DNA from: an uncultured delta proteobacterium
Lineage (GTDB): Bacteria; Myxococcota; Myxococcia; Myxococcales; Myxococcaceae
Length of the DNA stretch: 64,000 bases
Assembly (NCBI GenBank): GCA_963771175.1
Contig: CAVYSY010000002.1
Coordinates: 1-64,000, forward strand
Reading direction: 5' to 3'
The translations under genes were made by a program, and so were the position numbers. The notes below the pieces were generated by a model that saw only the letters and a program-made list of their open reading frames with translations, made no database searches and was not told where the DNA came from. Shown piece after piece: positions 1 to 10,544 of this stretch (position 1 is the first letter of the stretch; each line of letters starts with the position of its first letter).

Positions 1-252
1 TCCGGCGTGGAACGCCAAGGGCACCTGGTGGGCGTGCACCCCTGGAATCTGTTCCTCGAGCCGTTTCCGGAGAACCAGAGACGGGAGCGGCTCCGCCCCC
101 GGTCCGGGCGGGGCTACGCGCATGCCGTTGTTGAAGAATCGATCAATCTCCTCGTAGAACGCCAGGAGGGCTCCCGAGGCGCCCATCACGACGAGGATCG
201 CGGCGAGGGCGAGACCGACGTACCGATGAAAACGGAGGATGATAGCGCGCAT
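1..252 (-). CDS. PepSY-associated TM helix domain protein (N-terminal part; runs off the window)
   Basis: Manual translation of the minus strand from ATG at 252: MRAIILRFHRYVGLALAAILVVMGASGALLAFYEEIDRFFN..., matching the HRxxGL...SGxxxxFxxEID N-terminus of PepSY_TM proteins. Confidence 0.75.
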   Translation of the reverse strand, partial: MRAIILRFHRYVGLALAAILVVMGASGALLAFYEEIDRFFNNGMRVAPPGPGAEPLPSLVLRKRLEEQIPGVHAHQVPLAFHAG

Positions 253-415
253 GGGACGGGTGGTGGGCGATCGGGGTGATCTTCGATAACTCATTCGGCC
301 GAAGCGCGCTGCCAAAGTGGTTCCGAGGCTGATCCTGTTAACCAAAAAGAGCTTGCATCCCACTCATTTATTTGCCGCCCGGCCACCGTCAAGCCTGCTG
401 TCGTGATGATCGACT

Positions 416-1435
416 TTAAGACCGAGATCTTGCTTCTTCGCGGTCGCTGATTACACCCTCATCCCCCGGACGGCTATTCGGGATGTTGATTCGCTCTCGC
501 TCCACTACGAGGGGTCGGCGGCGTACTTGTTCATGAATAGAGGTGACGTACTCGCCCAACAGCCCGGTGAAAAGCAACTGCAAGCCAAAAAGGAAAAAAA
601 GGCCAACGATGAGAGATGCCATACCGCGTGGCGCGGCATCTGGGCTGAGGATGTATACCACTAGAGTAATCATCGCGTATAAAAAGCAGAGTGCGGCGAG
701 CGCTGCACCGAGAAAGGTGCACAGCCTAAGGGGCACGTTTGTGAAAGAAAAAATGCCATTTAAGGCATGATCGACGAGTTCGAAGAATTTGTGCTTGGGG
801 TGCCCCCGCACCCGTTTCTTCCATACATATGGCACTATAAGACGCTTGAAACCACAAGCTGCAATTATTCCGCGTATGTAAGGATAGTGGTCCTGATGTT
901 CGAGCACCGCCCTGAGGACTTTGCGGTCAATCAGCTGGAACTCTCCAACGTTCCTCGGGATTTCAAAGCCCGAAAGCTTGTTCACTATCGCATAAAACAA
1001 TCGCCGCGCCATTTGCATTAGCGGGTCCTCCTGCCGTTTGGACCGCTCACCCGCGATGACCTCATAGCCCTGCTCCCACAGCTTGACGAATTCGGGAAGC
1101 AGCTCTGGCGGGTCTTGAAGATCAACGGGCAGCATGACGAGAGTAGCGTCGCCGGTGGCGTAGCGAAGCGCATTAAACGTAGAGCGGAATAGACCAAAAT
1201 TTCGCGCATTTATAACTACCTTGACGCAAGGATCGCGCGCAGCCAAACAACGGAGGATCTCAACCGTTCGGTCAGTTGATGCATTGTCAGCGAAGATGTG
1301 CTCTCGCTCATAAGCCGCAAGGGGGTCGTTGAAAAGTGTTCGCACTGCGTCGTAGCAAGCCTGTACATTGCTCTCCTCGTTGAAGCAGGGGGAGACAATA
1401 GAGATCGTTTTCTTTCGCGATACTTCTATGGACAC
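416..1435 (-). CDS. GT2 glycosyltransferase, polyprenol-phosphate glycosyltransferase type (GtrB/ArnC-like)
   Basis: SIVSPCFNEE, DNASTD, RNFG, DLQDPP motifs; two C-terminal TM helices. Confidence 0.9.
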   Translation of the reverse strand: MSIEVSRKKTISIVSPCFNEESNVQACYDAVRTLFNDPLAAYEREHIFADNASTDRTVEILRCLAARDPCVKVVINARNFGLFRSTFNALRYATGDATLVMLPVDLQDPPELLPEFVKLWEQGYEVIAGERSKRQEDPLMQMARRLFYAIVNKLSGFEIPRNVGEFQLIDRKVLRAVLEHQDHYPYIRGIIAACGFKRLIVPYVWKKRVRGHPKHKFFELVDHALNGIFSFTNVPLRLCTFLGAALAALCFLYAMITLVVYILSPDAAPRGMASLIVGLFFLFGLQLLFTGLLGEYVTSIHEQVRRRPLVVERERINIPNSRPGDEGVISDREEARSRS

Positions 1436-2356
1436 GACATCCCCTCACGGCACACCGCGATTCGGTGCCGCCACCACGCAAGTGTGGTCTCAAGACCTTC
1501 TTCAAGCCGACAGCTGGGCAAGACGCCAAGTTCAGTACGCAACCTCGTGACGTCGGCAACAAGCCGTTTCGGTTCCTCGCTTCCGGAATTTCGTGCACCA
1601 ATGGCGAGCAGATCGGGGCGCCCTGAGAAATTTCCGAGAAGCTCGACTATGCGACGGACGGGCACGCTCTCGCCCGACGCAATGTTGATGGTTCCCGCCA
1701 GATCGCTCTCTGTAAGAGCGACAAGTGCCGCAGCCACGTCGGCAACGTAAAGATAGTCAAGTTCCTGTTGGCCAGTCGTTGTTTCCGCCACCTCTCCCGC
1801 AGCCAAAGCGCTGGCGACATCCGATACAAGTCTGCCCAACGGCTCGTGAGGTCCGAAGGTGAAAAAGACGCGTGCCCAGGCAGTGCTCACCCCGGCGTCG
1901 ATCGCCATTCTCTGTATACCCTCCCTCGCGGCGTTCTTTGCCCGCCCATAGTCTGTTCTGGCGTTTGATGGCGTCTCGGTCTCATGTAGGATCTCGTACC
2001 CCCAGTCGTATTCGGCACAACTTCCCACAAAGACCGCCCGGCGTCCTCCCATCCGCAGGAAGGCGCGAAAGAGGTCCATGGTTGCCCTCGCCCATAAGAA
2101 GTTCTCGGGAGCGTCGAAAATCCGCATCTTGTCTTCCCATGCCAGGCAAGATGCAGGAGGTGCGTGGGGCGTATAGCTTGGATCAGGGCTGACAGCGACA
2201 ACGGCGAGAGAAGATCAATCCTGTGCGCGGAGGGCACGGCCAACGGATTGCTTGACGATCGCGAGACTATGTGAATTCAAAACCGCGCTCGCCGAGGGGC
2301 TTCAGGACATGTTGCCCGACAAATCCGGTAGCCCCAGTAACAAGTATCCGTTTCAT
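1426..2356 (-). CDS. NAD-dependent epimerase/reductase (extended SDR), frameshifted near the 5' end
   Basis: ATG at 2356 gives MKRILVTGATGFVGQH (Rossmann); LHLAW in ORF 1887-2243; GSCAEY and YGRAK (YxxxK) in ORF 1426-2127. Confidence 0.85.
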
Positions 2357-2372
2357 CTACGAGAACTGGCGC

Positions 2373-3597
2373 TTAGTCGACTGCAAGATGAGGAATAGCT
2401 GTGACGAAGCGGGTGCCAAACGAACGGACTTTCCCAATCTGGCCGACGATCTCGTCCTTGAGATTCCAGGGGTAGTATAAGGATGAAATTGGGAGGCCTC
2501 TCCAAAATAGCTGAAGGCTCTCGTATGGGGATATGCGTGCCGGGCAAAAACAGCCCCTGTTTATGAGGGCTGAGGTCAACGGTGAAGGGCATGAGCTCGG
2601 GCCCAATGCCACAATAATTTAACAAGGTATTACCTTTTGCGGGTGCCCCGTACCCAACCACACGTTTCCCTTCGCATTTGGCATCGACGAAGAACCGGAG
2701 GATCTCGCACTTTGTTTGTACCACTTGCTCTGCGAACGCTGCATAGGTTGTGAGCTGGTCGAGACCGGCTTGCCGTTCTTTAGCCTTAAGCTTGTGCACG
2801 CGTGCGCCTGCCCGTCGCCTTCCGACATGACAGACATATATTCGCAAAGACCCGCCATGCGTGGGAAGTTCCTCCACGTCGAACACGGTAAGCGCGTGCG
2901 CGGCGAATATCTTTTCAACGGTTAAAAGCGAAAAGTAAGAGAAGTGCTCGTGATAGATTGTGTCGAACTGGTTGCCATCGATCAGCCGAAGAAGATGCGG
3001 AAATTCGAAGGTGGCAATTCCATCCGACTTAAGAAGGATCCGAAAGCCCTCAACGAAGTCATTTATGTCTGGCACGTGGGCGAGAACGTTATTAACGCAG
3101 ATCAGGTCGGCATCATAGCCAGCCACGCGGAGCGCCTCGGCCTTGGCAGCATTAAAAAACGCTACTTCAGTGGGAACTCCTCGGCTTTCCGCCACAGCGG
3201 CCACATTCGCTGCGGGTTCGACTCCGAGTACGGGGATTCCATCTTCAACGAAATTACGCAGCAGATACCCGTCATTACTCCCAATCTCTACGACCCTGCT
3301 CCTCTGATTTATTCCAAACCGCCTACGCATCAGAGCGCAATAGCGCCGTGCATGCTCGAGCCAACTGTCGGAAAAAGATGAAAAATAGAGATAGTGTCCG
3401 AAAATCCGGCTAGGCGTTTCGAACGTGTCGAGTTGTACAAGAAAGCATTGGTCACAGACGTAAGCATGCAGTGGATAATGGGGCTCCATCTCATTAAGAG
3501 AAGCCGCGTCCAACAGAGCGTTAGCCAAGGGGGATTGATTAAGGTTAACAAAGCTAGCATGCAAAGCCGCATCACAAAAGCGACACCGCAGGTCCAT
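2373..3597 (-). CDS. NDP-sugar C-methyltransferase family (zinc-binding N-terminus plus SAM domain); C-terminal frameshift
   Basis: CRFC...CDQCFLVQL, VEIGSNDG, FDTIYHEHFSYFS, HGGSLR, GYGAPAKG; the PWNLKDEI tail lies in the frame ending at 2373. Confidence 0.9.
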
Positions 3598-4056
3598 GTC
3601 TTCACCCCCTCGGTCCTGGAATGCACTCAGCGAACGAGGATGGTCTTTGGTGTGTGGGGTCGCCAAGCAATCCTTCGATTCCCCTCCGATGAGCATCGCG
3701 CAGCGCGCCCGTCTGCTCCGTCCCCAAGCTATCTTCAAGATCGATCAAAAGCTGCTAGCTACCAATCAAGAAATGCCCTTGTTAGAGAGCCCAAGGTAAG
3801 GCGTGCCCTTGGAATTCCCTACGAACGCGGTCTGGTCGCCACGGCTGCGAACAGGGGCACGGGCCATAATTAGTGTCGCTCAGGGACGGCCTCCGCGACA
3901 AGAAATTGTCCCTCGTAATGGGGCAACGTCGTTTTGCAATCCCACGAGTAAACACGCCTCCCGGTTCTCTACCAAACACTTCAGCGTTGAGTTAGCGCGG
4001 TTGGACAGTGCATCCAGATACTGTGCCCGAATAAGACGCCTGCAAAGTCACGAGGA

Positions 4057-4827
4057 TCACCACACTTTCCACTGCGGGCTCCCGCTCGCCCATAGCTCCT
4101 CAAGGAGCGTGCGGTCACGCATCGTATCCATTGGCTGCCAGAACCCGCGGTGTAAATAAGCGCGCAATTGGTCAGTTGCTGCGAGGATTTGCAGCGGGTC
4201 ACGCTCCCAAATGGTGGAATCATCCACAATAAAATCCCCGATTTTTGGGGAGAGCAAAAAAAACCCTCCATTAATCCAGCCTCCCTCGCTCTCGGGCTTC
4301 TCTTGGAAACTCAACACCCGATCCTGATCCAAAGCTAAGGCTCCGAAACGCGCCTTGGGTTGAACTGCGGTAATGGTAGCAAGGCGTCCATGGCTGTGGT
4401 GAAACTTCATCTGCGAGGCAATATCGATATTAGCAACCCCGTCACCATAGGTAAGAGCGAAGACGTTCTCCTTGGCGAGGTGAGGAAGAACGCGCTTCAG
4501 GCGACCTCCAGTTTGAGTTCGTTCTCCAGTGTCGAGCAGTGTAACTCGCCAAGGCTCAGCCATGCTGCGGTGAATATCGAAACGATTGTCTGCGAGATTG
4601 ATCGTGACATCTGACGTATGTAGGAAGTAGTTAGCAAAATATTCCTTAATCATATAACCCTTGTAACCAAGGCAAATTATGAAATCTTTGATCCCGTAAT
4701 GACCATAAATCTTCATAATGTGCCAAAGAATTGGCATACCTCCAATCTCGATCATGGGCTTGGGTTTGACCGATGTCTCTTCGCCAATGCGAGTGCCTAA
4801 TCCACCGGCCAAAATAACGGCTTTCAC
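4057..4827 (-). CDS. rfbF: Glucose-1-phosphate cytidylyltransferase
   Basis: MKAVILAGGLGTRIGEET..KPKPMIEIGG, TGGRLKRV, TYGDGV, GFWQPMDTMRD. Confidence 0.95.
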   Translation of the reverse strand: MKAVILAGGLGTRIGEETSVKPKPMIEIGGMPILWHIMKIYGHYGIKDFIICLGYKGYMIKEYFANYFLHTSDVTINLADNRFDIHRSMAEPWRVTLLDTGERTQTGGRLKRVLPHLAKENVFALTYGDGVANIDIASQMKFHHSHGRLATITAVQPKARFGALALDQDRVLSFQEKPESEGGWINGGFFLLSPKIGDFIVDDSTIWERDPLQILAATDQLRAYLHRGFWQPMDTMRDRTLLEELWASGSPQWKVW

Positions 4828-5154
4828 AAGCGTAACTCAGAGCATCGCCCGTTGGTAGGGTAACTACGCGCGTCCATTTCAGCGTCCCTGCGGCCCCAAA
4901 ACTCGTGAGTTGCTACCCGCTCACCCAATATCCATGGCCTCACTCCCCCACAATACGAACGCGTGATGATTTATTCCAGCTTGAGCGTGCGCGTGCTTCA
5001 ACAAGCTGGTCAATGGGAAAAGGAAGGTTCCCGCAACCGACAAGGAGAAACGGAAGTTCGGGGAGGAAGCTCAATCAGTCAAGCGCGATTTCCTAACCCT
5101 CTTCAGCCGGCGCTTTTGAGCATGTCACCTTTTGTCGGCGTTGGGCACCACGTC

Positions 5155-6217
5155 CTAGCGAGGAGTCCAAAACAGACCGCGGTCAATCTGCGCGGTCCGC
5201 TGCAGGTACTGCAGCTGTCTTAGCCGGGTAAACGCTCTGAACTCGTAGGTGCTCTGCGAAAACTCAATACGCTGAAACAGCCGTCGCAACTCCGGGCCCC
5301 TGCCGCGCCGTCCAACGGCTCTTGAATCCGGGCAACCGCGAGGCAATCTTGTCAAATGAAACCCGATAACTCCGGTTATCCGGACTCGGCGGCCCCACAG
5401 TCACCTCGCAGCCGGGAAACGCCTGGGCGACGATCGCCGCAATCTCGCGCACCCGATAGTTTTCCGCCGTAACGCCAACGTTAAATATTTGACCGTTCAC
5501 GGCATCTATCGGCGCATCGAGCGTGAGCCGCATCGCTTCGCAGATGTCCTCGATGTGAGCAATGGGGCGCCACGGACTGCCGTCACTGACCATTGCGATT
5601 TCCTGCCTTGTCCAGGCAAGCGCACACAGATCATTCAACACAACATCGAAGCGCATGCGTGGGGAGGGACCGTAAGCGGTGGCGTTTCGCAAGAACGTGA
5701 CGCAGAAGTCTGTGCTTGCCATTGAGCGCAAGTCGTCCTCCACCATGACCTTGCATTTCGCATAAGCGGTCTGAGGATTGGGGGGCGAGGTCTCGTCGAC
5801 GAATTCTTCGCTGCCCACACCGTAGACACTACAGGAGGACGCATAGATAAACCTTCGCACACCCGCTTCGCGCGCCGCCCTTGCGATGCGTACTGATCCT
5901 TGGTGGTTTATCTCATAAGTAATTTCCGGATGATTTTGCCCCAGAGGATCGTTCGAGAGTTCCGCTAGATGAACGACCGCGTCCAGCCCTTCAAAATCCG
6001 GCCGTGTTACCGTTCGCAGATCCTTGTAAAGCGTGCGGGGCGCCATCCGCAGGCCGAGCGGGTCGAGATAAAGCGTGCCGTCGCAATAGTAGCCCGTATC
6101 CAGGCCGATCACATCATGACCGCACTCGGCGAGCCATGGAGCAAGGCGTGCACCAATGTAACCCTCGGTGCCGGTGACAAGTACCTTCAGCCTGCTTGTT
6201 CCCTCTCTGATCTTCAT
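5155..6217 (-). CDS. NAD-dependent epimerase/dehydratase (SDR); C-terminal frameshift
   Basis: VLVTGTEGYIG, HLAELSNDP, ASSCSVYG, YAKCK, LRNATAYG, SDGSPWRP; the tail continues in ORF 5155-5355. Confidence 0.9.
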
Positions 6218-6508
6218 AGAGTTACTCTTGATCAGGCCTCGGCGTACCAAGTATCCCCGACTTGACAAATTGGGCCCTCAGCATATGCAGAAAGAGAAGC
6301 ACCTCGTTAATTACGTTCGGACGGAATGATTTATAGTTCCTCAGAGTAGGATTGCTGATCTCCGGCGCGAGTGGCAGGAGCACATAGCTGCGCACTAGAG
6401 TTAAGCCAAGAGTCCCAGGTTGCCCGGCCCACTGCCAAGGGACTCGAGCCCTATTCCAGCGCGCGCAAATTTTTTTGCGTCTAGTTATTTATAGCACTAA
6501 ATGTAGCT

Positions 6509-7549
6509 GTGGGCCAAAAGCGAACGATCCGCGGGGTGCTTGAGGCCGGGCTCTCACACATGCCCGGTCTCGTGCAGATCGCTGCGGGGCCAATCTTTTG
6601 TCCATTCTACCACTGCGTTACTGACGAGCCAGGCGATCATGTCAAGCGCCTGTTTCCTATCCGTAATCCGCGAACGTTTCGGGATGATCTGGAATTTCTC
6701 GCCCATTCGTTCGCGCCATTGTCGTTAAGCGATCTGGTCAATCACGCGCGCGAGGGCCGTCCACTTCCGCCTCGGGCAATGTTCCTCTCATTTGATGATG
6801 GTTTGCGTGAAGTCGCTGATGAAATCGCGCCACTCTGCAAGCGAGTAGGCGTCCCAGCAACATTCTTTTTGAACTCAGCCTCGCTCGACAATCGGTTTCT
6901 CTGCTTTCGCCACAAGGCGAGCCTACTCATAGAAAACCTTTCCAATACTCATCCAAGTTTGATCACAGAAGTCGCGCGCTTGATGGGACTTCCTGACGGT
7001 GTTCAACCTGAAATCGTCATTCAGCGAGTTGCCGACGCTCGCGTACGCGACACTCACACTCTCGATTTGATAGCTCGCGTAGTTGAATTGGACTTCGAAA
7101 CGTTTCTGCACCAAAGGCAACCGTATCTTACCACCAAAGAGGTTCAAACACTTTTGGTTCAGGGGTTCGAAATAGGCGCGCACAGCGTGGATCACCCTCA
7201 CTACAGCGACCTGCCCCTTCCACAACAGGTTTGCCAAACAGTGGACTGCGCTAGGGACTTGAAAGCCCGCTTTGGGCTCGAACGCATCTCCTTCGCCTTT
7301 CCATTTACGTCCGACGGCGTCGAACAACCTTTCTTCGATGAGGTATTAGGACGAGAAATTGTCGATTTGATTTTTTGTGTCGGCGCTATGCCCGCCAATG
7401 AAACTCGCGTTCTGCAGAGAGCGTGGATGGAAAGTGATGCTCACCTACCAGTGCAGCGCATCATGCGAGATTTCCATACCAAAGAGTTGAGCGGACGTCT
7501 TCTTAGTGGCATAAAAAATTTCTTCGAACGCCGTTGGAGAGTGCGATGA
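6509..7549 (+). CDS. Polysaccharide deacetylase (CE4/NodB-like)
   Basis: FYH, LSFDDG, EIGAHSVDHP, FAFPF motifs. Confidence 0.9.
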   Translation: MGQKRTIRGVLEAGLSHMPGLVQIAAGPIFCPFYHCVTDEPGDHVKRLFPIRNPRTFRDDLEFLAHSFAPLSLSDLVNHAREGRPLPPRAMFLSFDDGLREVADEIAPLCKRVGVPATFFLNSASLDNRFLCFRHKASLLIENLSNTHPSLITEVARLMGLPDGVQPEIVIQRVADARVRDTHTLDLIARVVELDFETFLHQRQPYLTTKEVQTLLVQGFEIGAHSVDHPHYSDLPLPQQVCQTVDCARDLKARFGLERISFAFPFTSDGVEQPFFDEVLGREIVDLIFCVGAMPANETRVLQRAWMESDAHLPVQRIMRDFHTKELSGRLLSGIKNFFERRWRVR

Positions 7550-8313
7550 GGGGTAATCCCTTAGTTTCTATTCTAATCCCATGCTATAATTCTGTAGATT
7601 ATGTTGATCAGTGCATAAGAAGCGCCTTGGATCAAACATATTCAAACGTTGAAGTTATTGTAATTGATGACGGCTCGACCGACGGAAGTAAAAAGGTCAT
7701 TGAATCTTATGGAAATCACATTCGCGCAGAATTCTCGTCCAACCGCGGTCCAAACGCAGCGCGAAATTACCTGCTTCAACACGCTCGAGGCAGTTGGCTG
7801 CAATACCTTGATGCCGACGATTACCTGTTGCCGGATAAAGTCAAAAAACATATGGCCGTCATTGACCAAACCCCAGACATCGATGTGGTTTACTCTCCGG
7901 TTACGCTCCTCTTTGAATCCGGCGAAGAACATACCGTCGACATCGAACAAGTTGATGATCACATGGCAAACTTCGTGCTCTGGGGGGCTTTTGCCACCCA
8001 TTCTATGATGCTACGAGCGGAAGCGGTACGGGCGATCGGAGGTTGGAAAGAAGACCAACCTTGCTGCCAGGAACACGAGTTGTTGCTTCGTTTGCTTCGG
8101 GCCGGGGATAAGTTTGCTTGTTTGAATGAGAACGTTGGAGCCATCTATCGCCAACATGGTTGTGGCACGGTTTCTAAGAAAAATCTTGAGTTGGTAATGC
8201 GCATCCGAATGAATCTCACAGATGCACTGGAGTGCTATTTGAAGCAACGAGGCGAGTTAAACACGCTGCGACAAACATGTATTGCTCGAGCACGATTCGA
8301 GAGTGCGCGATGA
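7546..8313 (+). CDS. GT2 glycosyltransferase (may continue to ~8508 across a frameshift)
   Basis: VSILIPCYN, IDDGSTD, ARN, LDADD. Confidence 0.85.
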   Translation: MRGNPLVSILIPCYNSVDYVDQCIRSALDQTYSNVEVIVIDDGSTDGSKKVIESYGNHIRAEFSSNRGPNAARNYLLQHARGSWLQYLDADDYLLPDKVKKHMAVIDQTPDIDVVYSPVTLLFESGEEHTVDIEQVDDHMANFVLWGAFATHSMMLRAEAVRAIGGWKEDQPCCQEHELLLRLLRAGDKFACLNENVGAIYRQHGCGTVSKKNLELVMRIRMNLTDALECYLKQRGELNTLRQTCIARARFESAR

Positions 8314-8759
8314 ATGTATGATTAAATCGCGACTACGCCCACGACTTAATGGAGAAGCTGGTCACAGCCGGAGCGCGACCGAGCGGGGCCGCGGCGCCGC
8401 TGAGATACCGTATGGCGCTGGCATTGTTCGGCTTTGATGGCGCCGAAAGGCTGGCAAAGCTGGCCCGCGAGCTACGAGGCGCTCGGGAGGGCTTCGTCCG
8501 CGAGTGATAAATTAGCCACTAATACGTAGAAAAAGCAGCACCCCCGTTAGGTCGACTTCTCCTGCGGACGGAATGATGTATAACTCCTTCAATTGGGGTT
8601 TCCGCCGCGACAGGAGCGCAGCGATGCGCGTTGGAGCTTTACCAAGAGGTGGAGGGGCCGCGCGAGTTGCTAAGATCGCGGCAAAGCCCAAACTTTCCTA
8701 TCGCGCCTGGCTGTGGCGAGAATGCCGCATGCCAGCCGTGGCGCAACTGGAGATGAGCC

Positions 8760-8997
8760 ATGTTGACGGAAATAGCATTCACCGAAAATGAAGCTGTGGG
8801 ATCGCTCGGGCTTGTCGATCGCGCGCTTGGTGGTGAGGTATTCTTAATCCGCCGGGCTCTTCAGCAATTTGACCTGCTGCGGATACTTGTCGAGGCAAGC
8901 CTTGAAGGCGTGCGCCAGGTCGCTGGCGATGAGGCCGCCCGGCGCACAGAAGGAGAGGGTTTTAACCACATTCACGAGTGGGTTCCCCCTGAACAGG
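8760..8997 (+). pseudogene. 5' fragment of a hypothetical gene truncated at the right junction of the island
   Basis: GGAG upstream of ATG 8760; about 79 protein-like codons, then the frame runs into the antisense strand of the phytase gene as GC rises. Confidence 0.45.
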
Positions 8998-9019
8998 CGC
9001 CCCCGGGAGGCAACCGGCA

Positions 9020-10312
9020 TCAGGACCCGCGGCGCCGACGCGAGAGCAGCAGCATGCCCGCCAGCACGAACAGCACCGAGCCCGATATGGACACCGAGGA
9101 GCAGTTACAGCTCGAGTCCTTCAGGGTGAGGTCATCGGGCAGCGGGCTGGGAGGGCCGGGCGGCGGCGGGGCGGTGACGTTGGGCGATCCACCCCCGTCC
9201 GCGCCTCCATCCGGCGTGCCCCCGTCCGTGCCCCCGTCCGTGCCGTTCCCGCCACCGGTGTCCACGACGAGGTTGGGCGTGAAGCGGGTGGCGATCGCAT
9301 CCCAGGGGACGAGCTTGAAGTTCTCGGTGCCCCCGATGTTGGTGCTGTCGTGGACGGCGACCATTCCCAATGGGAAGCGGGTGCCCAGGACGCGGTTGCT
9401 CACCACCACGTGGCGAGGACGCTCCACGGCGTCGATGCCTCCGTCCGTGACGACGGTGAGGCTGCCTCGGAAGGTATGGGCGGTGGGCGCCCGCTCGTAG
9501 ACGAGCACTGAGTCCGCGCCCCCGTTCGCCACCAGCAGATAGCCCCTGTCGCCGGACGCCGAATAGAGCGCCACGCCCCCCAGCGGTTGCACGAGGCCCC
9601 CGCCGCCGACGTTGTCCACGGAGGTGACGGGTGTCCGCGGCATCGGGCTCGGCGCCGTACTGCCAGATGCCGACGTCCTGCTGGACCACGTAGAGCGTTC
9701 CTGGGCATCGTCGACGGCCAGGCCCACGACGGGTCCCCCCACGGTCAAGGAGCGGACCAGGTTGGACGTGGTGCCCGCATCGCCCTGAGTGGAGGTGAGC
9801 TCGAACTGCCGGAGGTCGCCCGTCGTACTCCCCGCGAAGGCGAAGACGCGCCCGGTGGTGGGGCTCACGTACATCGCCACGCTGTTGGGCGCGAAGCCCT
9901 GAGCGGTGATGGTCGCCAGCCCCGCCCTGCGCAGGCCGAGCGTCGTGGGGTCCACGATGTAGGCCACGAGCCCCTGGAGCGGCTGGTTGGCCACCATCAC
10001 CAGTTGCTGGGAGATGCCGCCCACCGAGACGCCCTCCTGCACGTCCACGCCGAGCACCGCGCCCTCGGCGAGCTGCGCCAGCCGGGTGCCGTCGAGCTGG
10101 TGGACGAGGAGCCCGTTCAGGTTGTCCGCCACGAGGAGCAGGCTGTTGGCCGGGTCGGTCGGGTGGACCCACAGGGCCGCGCCGTCGACCACGGTCCCGG
10201 TGCCGAGCACCCCCTGGGTCTCCAGCGTGGGCTGCACCTGGACGGTCTGCTGGGCGAGCGCGGGCAGGCCGAGCAGAAGGACGGCCAGGGAAAGGAATGT
10301 TCGCGAGCGCAC
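9020..10312 (-). CDS. Secreted beta-propeller phytase-like protein with MYXO-CTERM sorting tail (internal compensating frameshifts)
   Basis: Signal peptide; AALWVHPTDPANSLLL; FPLGMVAVHD; ENFKLVPW; DGG-rich linker; C-terminal CNCSS-hydrophobic-RRRR. Confidence 0.8.
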   Translation of the reverse strand: MRSRTFLSLAVLLLGLPALAQQTVQVQPTLETQGVLGTGTVVDGAALWVHPTDPANSLLLVADNLNGLLVHQLDGTRLAQLAEGAVLGVDVQEGVSVGGISQQLVMVANQPLQGLVAYIVDPTTLGLRRAGLATITAQGFAPNSVAMYVSPTTGRVFAFAGSTTGDLRQFELTSTQGDAGTTSNLVRSLTVGGPVVGLAVDDAQERSTWSSRTSASGSTAPSPMPRTPVTSVDNVGGGGLVQPLGGVALYSASGDRGYLLVANGGADSVLVYERAPTAHTFRGSLTVVTDGGIDAVERPRHVVVSNRVLGTRFPLGMVAVHDSTNIGGTENFKLVPWDAIATRFTPNLVVDTGGGNGTDGGTDGGTPDGGADGGGSPNVTAPPPPGPPSPLPDDLTLKDSSCNCSSVSISGSVLFVLAGMLLLSRRRRGS

Positions 10313-10544
10313 GATGGCCTCCAGGGCGAGTTCCGCCGCAAGGTGGTGGCCACGACCGTCCGCGCGCGCAAGGCGATTTCCCCGAGGACGGTCGACCCCC
10401 GGTCAGAGTGACGCGCCCCGCCAGGGCTTCCGTCCAGGGGCGTACGCGGGACTCGCTCTCGGGTGCTCCGGTATGCTCCCGGACATGCACACCGGTGAGG
10501 GGGACACCCAGGAAGTCGCGGGCCACCGCGGCGAGGCGGCACCC

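Noticed and set aside
7..279. 90-aa plus-strand ORF
   Set aside because: Antisense to the PepSY-TM gene start
281..300. Fur-box-like GATAACTCATTC upstream of the PepSY gene
   Set aside because: Too poor a match to the 19-bp consensus
3600..4056. Remnant of rfbG or rfbC
   Set aside because: No recognisable motifs in the frames translated by hand
9190..9260. Short tandem repeats (CCCCGTCCGTG)
   Set aside because: They encode the DGG-rich linker of the phytase-like protein
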